From contig JBFWMA010000007.1 in NCBI GenBank assembly GCA_050251875.1, positions 1 through 64,000 of the forward strand: a stretch of DNA of 64,000 nt, in the 5' to 3' direction. The translations under genes and the position numbers were made by a program. This DNA comes from Deferribacterales bacterium (GTDB taxonomy: Bacteria; Chrysiogenota; Deferribacteres; Deferribacterales; Geovibrionaceae). This document shows, piece by piece, positions 57,744-64,000 of the stretch; within the stretch, counting starts at the first letter, position 1; each line of letters opens with the position of its first letter. The notes below the pieces were generated by a model. That model saw only the letters and a program-made list of their open reading frames with translations, ran no database searches and was not told the DNA's origin.

Positions 57744-58681
57744 GCAAGAAATCTCGAAAATATCTCTATCCACACCGGAATAGTGATAAGACTGACCGCC
57801 GTGGTCGTCAGTATCGTCTGAACGGCTGTCTCCAGATCGCCGCCGAAATATTTTATAATGGCGATAGTCAGCATCCCCGCCGGCATAGACGCCTGAACCG
57901 CCGTTATCATCTTAAGATCGTATGACACAGGCAGAAACTTCACCGTCAGAACCATTATCACGGGAATCACAAACATCCTCAGAATGACAGCTCCCACGGA
58001 TATTCTGAAACCGCCCTTCTTCATCAGAGCGCCCGCTGACTCAGCCAGAGCGGCACCGCTGATAAAAATACCTATCGGTATGGACACAAGAGCTATCGGG
58101 TGCATCACGCCGTAAACCCACGAAGGCAGAGCGTCTCCGCCTATGAAAAAATTAACCGCCAGAGATATTATAACGGAGAGCAGAGGAGGATTTTTCAGCA
58201 CACGGGTAAAATTCTTATAAGAAAACCCGGTCATAAGCCCCACTCCCACAGACCAGTAGGCAAGATCGATGCCGATGTTATGCACCAGAAGAAGCCCCAC
58301 CGTCTCCTTGCCGAAGGTGAACTCAGTGATGGGGATGGAAAGAAAGCCGTAATTGTATATTCCCACGGTAAATGCGAATGACGCCTTGGCGTCTCTGTTC
58401 TTTGCTCCGAAATACCCCGCCAGATACCACGACACGGCGAAACCTATGACTATGCCGTAAAACCCCACGACAGGAGCCGATATCACGTTAGAAATATCCG
58501 CCAGAGCCTTGTTGCCCACAACATAGTTGAAAATCATCACCGGCATGAAGAAATTGATGAGAGCTTTCAGCATCAGCTTTTCTGGTTTTCCCCGTGTGAT
58601 GCCGAACCTGTTGAAAGCGCCGCCTACAAAGGCAGCTGACATGTATGGAAATAATATTTTGAAAATACCCAGATAGGTCAT
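57740..58681 (-). CDS. AEC (auxin efflux carrier) family transporter
   Basis: 'NYGFLSIP', 'KNPPL', 'QASMPAG'; about 10 TMs. Confidence 0.85.
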   Translation of the reverse strand: MTYLGIFKILFPYMSAAFVGGAFNRFGITRGKPEKLMLKALINFFMPVMIFNYVVGNKALADISNVISAPVVGFYGIVIGFAVSWYLAGYFGAKNRDAKASFAFTVGIYNYGFLSIPITEFTFGKETVGLLLVHNIGIDLAYWSVGVGLMTGFSYKNFTRVLKNPPLLSVIISLAVNFFIGGDALPSWVYGVMHPIALVSIPIGIFISGAALAESAGALMKKGGFRISVGAVILRMFVIPVIMVLTVKFLPVSYDLKMITAVQASMPAGMLTIAIIKYFGGDLETAVQTILTTTAVSLITIPVWIEIFSRFLA

Positions 58682-58691
58682 GAAATGATCG

Positions 58692-59387
58692 TCAGAAAAT
58701 AAGTCCGGAGGTTTTTCCGGCATCGAGTTTTTTATAAAGATCTTCGGGGTCTGTCTCGCCCATGGCGTTCACCAGACTGTCCACAATCTCGGACGCCTGA
58801 AACTCCGTGAGATACCCGTTTTTCAGCTTGCTGGTTTTTTCGAGGTTTTCCAGCCTGATCTCTGTTTCGGCGTTCAGAGCGCTGTTGGAAGCCAGCTTGG
58901 CAGACACCTGTCTGATGGCTCTGTCCAGCTGAGCCTGAGCGCCGCCGGATTCCAGATTTATAACATCCAGCCCCAGCTCCTTGCTGTCGGCATCGCCTAT
59001 CACTTTCGATCCGAGAAACTGCTCCTTAGACGCCATAGTGTCGATGGATGTGAGCACCTGCTCGGCGTTGGCTACTATTGTGTCCTGTTCCGCCAGACTT
59101 CTGTCTTTGGCGCTGTCATATTCGACAGCCATTTTTTTGAGCTGCTGGAGCTTTACACTGACAGCCTTCAGAGCGTCCGCTCTGGACTGCACATAGCTCA
59201 GATTGCTCTGGGAGTCTCTGGCTTTCAGATATATGGAGTTGTATTTTTTCGCTGTGGATACTTTCTGTGACGAAGATGATTCGGACGCAGTCTCAGTCTC
59301 CGAGGATGAAACGGCTGTGGTTTCTGTCCGGTTCCTGATCTGATTGTCGATCTTCGTGATACCCGCGGGGGTTATCTTCTCTATCAT
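58692..59387 (-). CDS. divergent short flagellin-like protein
   Basis: 'ARDSQSNLSYVQSRADALKAVSVKLQQLKKMAVE', 'IDTMASKEQFLGSK' and 'LDRAIRQVSAKL...EIRLE' echo flagellin D1 helices. Confidence 0.6.
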   Translation of the reverse strand: MIEKITPAGITKIDNQIRNRTETTAVSSSETETASESSSSQKVSTAKKYNSIYLKARDSQSNLSYVQSRADALKAVSVKLQQLKKMAVEYDSAKDRSLAEQDTIVANAEQVLTSIDTMASKEQFLGSKVIGDADSKELGLDVINLESGGAQAQLDRAIRQVSAKLASNSALNAETEIRLENLEKTSKLKNGYLTEFQASEIVDSLVNAMGETDPEDLYKKLDAGKTSGLIF

Positions 59388-59395
59388 CTTGTCAC

Positions 59396-60448
59396 CTAAT
59401 ACTGCGCATTCAGAATGAATGTTTTTGTAAACTTATACTCCGCTGACGGCTTTGCGGCGTATGCTTTATCCGTAACAGTCACCCTGAACCTGTACTGCTG
59501 ACTGTCATAGGATGAGCTGTTTCCGCTGAGCCTCAGAAAAGCGCCCTGACCCACCGTTACTCCGTCAGTGGTAAGAGATGACTCCGACCCGGCGGAGTTT
59601 ACCACTTTGAACCCGAAACTGCCGTTAGAGGTTATCTTCGGGTCTCCGGTTATCTCTTCCACAGACCAGTTATATTCAGCCTGAGCGTTAGCCGTGTTAT
59701 CCGAGGCTATCGGAATGCCGCCTTCTATATAAAAGTTAAACACATAGCCGGAATCAGTGGAAGCCGCCGGCATAGTCTGGCTCAGATATTTATACTGTTC
59801 AGGGTCGCACCCGGAGCCTGTTCTCAGCTCGTTCAGCGTAACCCAGTCAACCACATCGTCATATTTTTCCGCACGGTTCATATCTGTGGTGTAGTCGTCT
59901 TTCGCGTCCGATCCCTGGGGATAGACCCGGATAACGTTCGCTCCTGATTTAACAACAGTGTTCACGCCCGTCTGAATATTTTTGTTTTCAGACCCGCTGA
60001 TAACAGCATAGGCGATATTTTTTACCGCTGTTCTGTCCGTGTCGCTGTCGGCGCAGGTGGCGTTTTTACATACCCACACCTCTGTATTAGTATAATATGA
60101 TCCGCAAACGGTATTCACAACATTATTATACACGTCAGAGCCGGCGTTCCACCACCCGATCGACTTATCCAGTATGGGGTCGGCGTAATAATGCACCTGC
60201 TTGCCGTATCCGTCTGTGGGATATGTCACACTGCTCAGAAAAAGTGTTTTCGTGGGGAGCTCCCTGCTGGATGAAACATAGCTGTATATGGCGTTTTTGT
60301 CGGATTCCACCATTCTTCTTGTTTTTTCCGCTCCGCCTTTGTTTACAAAAAGCACCAGTATGGATGAAGCGGCGGACATTATCAGCCCGAATATAACCAG
60401 AACTATGGCCATCTCTACAAGAGAAAATCCTTTCACGTTATCTTTCAT
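59396..60448 (-). CDS. prepilin-type N-methylation domain protein with Ig-like C-terminus
   Basis: MKDNVKG/FSLVEMAIVL class III signal peptide with E5. Confidence 0.85.
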   Translation of the reverse strand: MKDNVKGFSLVEMAIVLVIFGLIMSAASSILVLFVNKGGAEKTRRMVESDKNAIYSYVSSSRELPTKTLFLSSVTYPTDGYGKQVHYYADPILDKSIGWWNAGSDVYNNVVNTVCGSYYTNTEVWVCKNATCADSDTDRTAVKNIAYAVISGSENKNIQTGVNTVVKSGANVIRVYPQGSDAKDDYTTDMNRAEKYDDVVDWVTLNELRTGSGCDPEQYKYLSQTMPAASTDSGYVFNFYIEGGIPIASDNTANAQAEYNWSVEEITGDPKITSNGSFGFKVVNSAGSESSLTTDGVTVGQGAFLRLSGNSSSYDSQQYRFRVTVTDKAYAAKPSAEYKFTKTFILNAQY

Positions 60449-60523
60449 TGTTCCATTATAATCTATTTTTAGCTTAAAAAAAAGGATGACTTGATGTATA
60501 GTCATTCATAAACACGGTGAAAT

Positions 60524-62650
60524 ATGAATAAAAAAGGCTTTACCCTTATAGAAGTTATCATTGTTCTGTTTATTGTCGGTTTTTTAACCGCCGCCTCTAT
60601 CAAAGCGATCCAGACCACTGTGAGCTCTTCCAAAATCAGCTCGTCCACAGACAAAGTCTCCGCTCTGGTCAGAGAGGTGGGGGAATATTCCGCCAGAGCC
60701 AAAAGGCTTCCGAATACCTCAGCCAACTTTCAGATAACAACAGGAAACGAAATATATTCCGCAGTAACATCCCGGACTGATTCCTTCGGAAAACCGATGC
60801 TCTATATTCCGGATAATGATCTGACCGAAGTGGACGAAAACGGACGCCCGAAAGATATATGCGCCATTAACTCCACAACCATGTCGGTTCAGATATGTTC
60901 ATCATCCGCATGCACCACGCCGGACAAAACAATTTCAAACGTGGCGTTCGCCGCCGTCAGCGGCGGAAGCAACCAGAACGTGCAGATAACATATGACACC
61001 AATTCCCGCACTCTGAAAACATATCTGGACACCATATCCGTGGACGGATACACCGCAGATCAATCGAAGACGGAAACCTATGACGATATTGCAAAATGGA
61101 TGACTCTGGACGAGCTGAAAAAAGCCGCCGGATGCGATGGAGCGGCTCTTGAGATCATACAGAAGGATGTTCCGCCTCTGGCTCACAGAAACGACTACAG
61201 CTATACACTGACGCTGAAGGGCGGTGTCGGACCATATCAATGGTGCGCGGAATCAGACAGCTCAGACGTTAGATCTCTTTTGAACTACAAAATCTCCGGC
61301 GGATCCAACAAAAGCCTGAACAGCATCTCCGCATGCGGAGAGAGCGACTATGTGACCGGAGATTCCCTGATAATCAACACTTCCTCAGCACCCGTAATCA
61401 GCGATGACGCTCCGGCATCCGCAAAAGTGAAAGTATATGTGAAAGACTCGAACGGAGTAAAAGCGGAGAAGCAGTATTCGCTTTCTATCCTGAAATCATA
61501 TAATCTGGCGCTGGCGGCTAAAGACGCCTCATCCGGAGGGAACGCCGACAGAGAGATCGAGGGATTCAGTCAGTTCCATTCCTTTGTAAAGGATTATCCG
61601 GAGTTCAAAAGCGTTATAGACATGACAGACGACAAAATCGCTTTTCATAAATCGCCGCTGGTGCTTCTCAGCCATAAATACGGATGCACCGGGCTCTGCT
61701 GGATGACATCCGTATCAGCCTTTTTTTCGTGCAACATCCCCACGGCAGATACGAACAGATGCCTTTCCTTCACCAAAGGAAAGCTGGCAGCATTCTTCAA
61801 GCTCACTCCGAAATTCGAAGACCTTTTTGCCATGCCATACGGCTTTACTTTCACCATCATAAAGAGCTACAGATATTCCGGAGACACCATGGTGTCCACT
61901 CTGAACGATGTCGGCGCCGGATTCGAGGGGCTGGGATATTCTGACTATGAGGTATCAGGCATACTTGGTCTGTTCAACGACTCGGCTTCCCTTTACGGCG
62001 ATAACTTCGCCCTGGAATTCGACATGCCGTTCAATTACGGTCTGCTGTATCCCAACGCCAAATCCGACCCGTCAGACACATCGCACATGGCGCTGGTCTC
62101 TCACAAAAACGGGTCTTCCTACAATACCCATAACTCGCTTTACAATGACTCATGCACAAAAAACACGAACACAAACGGATGCTATAAAAGCACCGGAGAA
62201 TATACCGGTTCAGGATTCAACAGAACAGAAGTGCCTGTCATTATAGAAAAAACGCCTTTCTATGTGCGGATGGAGGCTGTCTCCGGATGCAACGCCTCAG
62301 GAACGGTATGTGACGGCACAACAACGATAGCGACAGACCCCCACGACTATGTCTGCGCATACGCCTGGCAGATAGACGAGGACGACTACAACGGATATAC
62401 CGCCGATGCCTCCGGGGTTAAAAAGATAAACGATGTAAAATCATTCTATATGTTTGATAAAATAACCAAAGGAACCGCTCTGCCGTCCGATGTCGGCACA
62501 CCTATACTCAAAAACTGCTACAGAGACAACATCGCCGGAAGGACTCTGGACAGTGTCCGCTACGGGTTCACCATCGGTACCAGAACGATCCTCAGCGGTC
62601 AGTTCGATATCAGCTTCACCAATTTTAAACTGAATATTCAGGACTATTAA
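60524..62650 (+). CDS. large pilin-like adhesin: prepilin N-terminus, Ig-like domain, legume-lectin-like C-terminus
   Basis: MNKKG/FTLIEV; 'YTLTLKGGVGPYQW'; 'YGFTFTI..GLGY..FALEFD..HMAL'. Confidence 0.8.
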   Translation: MNKKGFTLIEVIIVLFIVGFLTAASIKAIQTTVSSSKISSSTDKVSALVREVGEYSARAKRLPNTSANFQITTGNEIYSAVTSRTDSFGKPMLYIPDNDLTEVDENGRPKDICAINSTTMSVQICSSSACTTPDKTISNVAFAAVSGGSNQNVQITYDTNSRTLKTYLDTISVDGYTADQSKTETYDDIAKWMTLDELKKAAGCDGAALEIIQKDVPPLAHRNDYSYTLTLKGGVGPYQWCAESDSSDVRSLLNYKISGGSNKSLNSISACGESDYVTGDSLIINTSSAPVISDDAPASAKVKVYVKDSNGVKAEKQYSLSILKSYNLALAAKDASSGGNADREIEGFSQFHSFVKDYPEFKSVIDMTDDKIAFHKSPLVLLSHKYGCTGLCWMTSVSAFFSCNIPTADTNRCLSFTKGKLAAFFKLTPKFEDLFAMPYGFTFTIIKSYRYSGDTMVSTLNDVGAGFEGLGYSDYEVSGILGLFNDSASLYGDNFALEFDMPFNYGLLYPNAKSDPSDTSHMALVSHKNGSSYNTHNSLYNDSCTKNTNTNGCYKSTGEYTGSGFNRTEVPVIIEKTPFYVRMEAVSGCNASGTVCDGTTTIATDPHDYVCAYAWQIDEDDYNGYTADASGVKKINDVKSFYMFDKITKGTALPSDVGTPILKNCYRDNIAGRTLDSVRYGFTIGTRTILSGQFDISFTNFKLNIQDY

Positions 62651-62680
62651 AAAAGGCGGTCAAACGACCGCCTTATTTTT
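62649..62680. terminator. bidirectional intrinsic terminator
   Basis: AAGGCGGTC-AAAC-GACCGCCTT flanked by A- and T-runs. Confidence 0.85.
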
Positions 62681-63516
62681 TATATTTCTTCTTCCGGAGC
62701 CTCTTCAGTCTCCTCTTTTTTCACCGTTTCCCTGACGGGCATGGGTTCCACCTTTCTCGCCTTCACCAGAAAGGCGCTGTGGTTATATGTCCACATCTCA
62801 GGACGCACGGAACGTCCGTCTATCTTCCAGGGGCGCTTTGTGATCTCGAAAGTTTCCAGCTCCTCAAAGATTCCGCTGGCTTTCAGAGTCTCCACCAGTG
62901 TCACCGCCTGAAGTATCGTGGGCAGATAGCACACCATGATGCCTCCGTTTGTGAGCCCCTCTTTGCAGTGTTTCACCACATGCCAGGGTTCGGGCAGATC
63001 GAGCACTATTCTGTCGAATACGCCGTCAAATCCCTCATATACGTTGCCTATGATTATGCTGTGGTTGGGAGCCTCACCGTAAAATTCGTGGATAAAATGA
63101 GCGGCGTCAGAGGCGAAATCCTCTCTGATCTCACAGCTCACCAGCTCGCCTTTTCCGCCCAGTGTGTTCAGGATGGCTATAGACATGGCGCCCTGACCGA
63201 TGCCGGACTCCAGAACACGCTGACCGCCTCTGATGTCGCAGGACATGAGTATTGCGGCGCTGTCCTTGGGATATATTATCTGCGCTCTTCTTTTGATGTG
63301 CATGATGTAGTCGGAGTAAGTGGGATAAAACACCCTGTAGGCGACACCCTTCTGTGTGTACGCCACTCCGCCGTCTCCCGCCTCGGCTATGGCTTCGTGC
63401 TCTATGAAGCCGTACTGTGTGGAAAACCTGACGCCCTCTTTGAGCCTGATCAGGTGTTTTTTGCCCTTCATCTCGTCTATCATGAATGCCAGAGAGCCCA
63501 TTTTCAGCTTACTCAT
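62680..63516 (-). CDS. trmI: tRNA (adenine-58-N1)-methyltransferase
   Basis: 'RRAQIIYPKD', 'LESGIGQGAMS', 'LDLPEPW', 'RSVRP'. Confidence 0.92.
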   Translation of the reverse strand: MSKLKMGSLAFMIDEMKGKKHLIRLKEGVRFSTQYGFIEHEAIAEAGDGGVAYTQKGVAYRVFYPTYSDYIMHIKRRAQIIYPKDSAAILMSCDIRGGQRVLESGIGQGAMSIAILNTLGGKGELVSCEIREDFASDAAHFIHEFYGEAPNHSIIIGNVYEGFDGVFDRIVLDLPEPWHVVKHCKEGLTNGGIMVCYLPTILQAVTLVETLKASGIFEELETFEITKRPWKIDGRSVRPEMWTYNHSAFLVKARKVEPMPVRETVKKEETEEAPEEEI

Positions 63517-64000
63517 TCTGCTTTCTCCATTAATCTGCAAAAGGAGCAGACATCAAGATATGAGTCCATTCCGCATTTCAGACATTTTTTTAGTTTATCT
63601 TTGTTCTCTTTTTTGATCTCGAATTTATCAGCCGCCAGATTAAAATATTCCAGATAAAAAAAATGTTTTGTACCCGGCATTTTTGATTCCAGCTCGTTCA
63701 GCACTTTTTTATATTCCAGAGACGAAGCGCCCTTAGACATGGGACATTCATCGGGGATATAGTCTATCCCGTGCAGAAAGGCGTATGCCGCCACTTCTTT
63801 CTCCGTAAGCCTCATCAGAGGCTTTACTTTGCGTTTCATGGTCTCGCTGTCTTCCGGCAGATTGGGGCTCATCTTACCCAGATGCGTCGTGTCCCATCGA
63901 AGAACGTTTCCGAACAGTCTCGCCGCCTCATCGTCCAGATTATGCCCTGTGGCGACCACTGTAAAACCTTCGTCATATGCTACTTTATTAAAATAATGTC
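63513..64000 (-). CDS. ttuA: TtuA/TtcA-family tRNA thiolation protein (5' part outside window)
   Basis: 'ATGHNLDDEA', 'KVKPL', 'ECP', C-terminal CxxC...CxxC zinc finger. Confidence 0.75.
   Translation of the reverse strand, partial: HYFNKVAYDEGFTVVATGHNLDDEAARLFGNVLRWDTTHLGKMSPNLPEDSETMKRKVKPLMRLTEKEVAAYAFLHGIDYIPDECPMSKGASSLEYKKVLNELESKMPGTKHFFYLEYFNLAADKFEIKKENKDKLKKCLKCGMDSYLDVCSFCRLMEKAE

Noticed and set aside
60449..60523. Invertible promoter or phase-variation switch between the pilin-like genes
   Set aside because: No flanking long inverted repeats or recombinase; the A8 run and short ATGACT/AGTCAT repeat are too weak

Overview
A 64 kb bacterial chromosomal window at moderate GC. Gene content suggests an anaerobically respiring diderm; a Deferribacterales-like host is my inference only. 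In order it holds: a sigma54-type promoter driving a Gly/Tyr/Met-rich secreted protein; an orphan sensor kinase; a TetR-RND efflux operon; a diguanylate cyclase; a family 1 encapsulin with ferritin-like cargo; and ppnP. Next is a ~19 kb Fur-controlled, uptake-only siderophore cluster (2 TonB receptors, 2 AraC regulators, MMPL/LolA-like/outer-membrane trio, exbBD-tonB, YbtPQX-like transporters) whose five transcription units share a 20-bp motif. A TtrA/SrdA-like molybdoenzyme pair lacking a membrane anchor is flanked by an AioXSR/ArrTSR-like sensing trio. Then come an AT-rich orphan gene, tRNA-derived repeats at tRNA-Pro(GGG), pstSCAB, an MCP, an EamA transporter and a degenerate GGDEF protein. 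A TetR + SpeD-like + GNAT + ATP-grasp + PLP-decarboxylase operon, a candidate uncharacterised biosynthetic cluster, abuts tRNA-Val(GAC). The window ends with a divergent flagellin-like gene, two back-to-back paralogous pilin-like adhesins, and trmI with a partial ttuA-like gene. All calls come from manual motif reading; no database searches were run.
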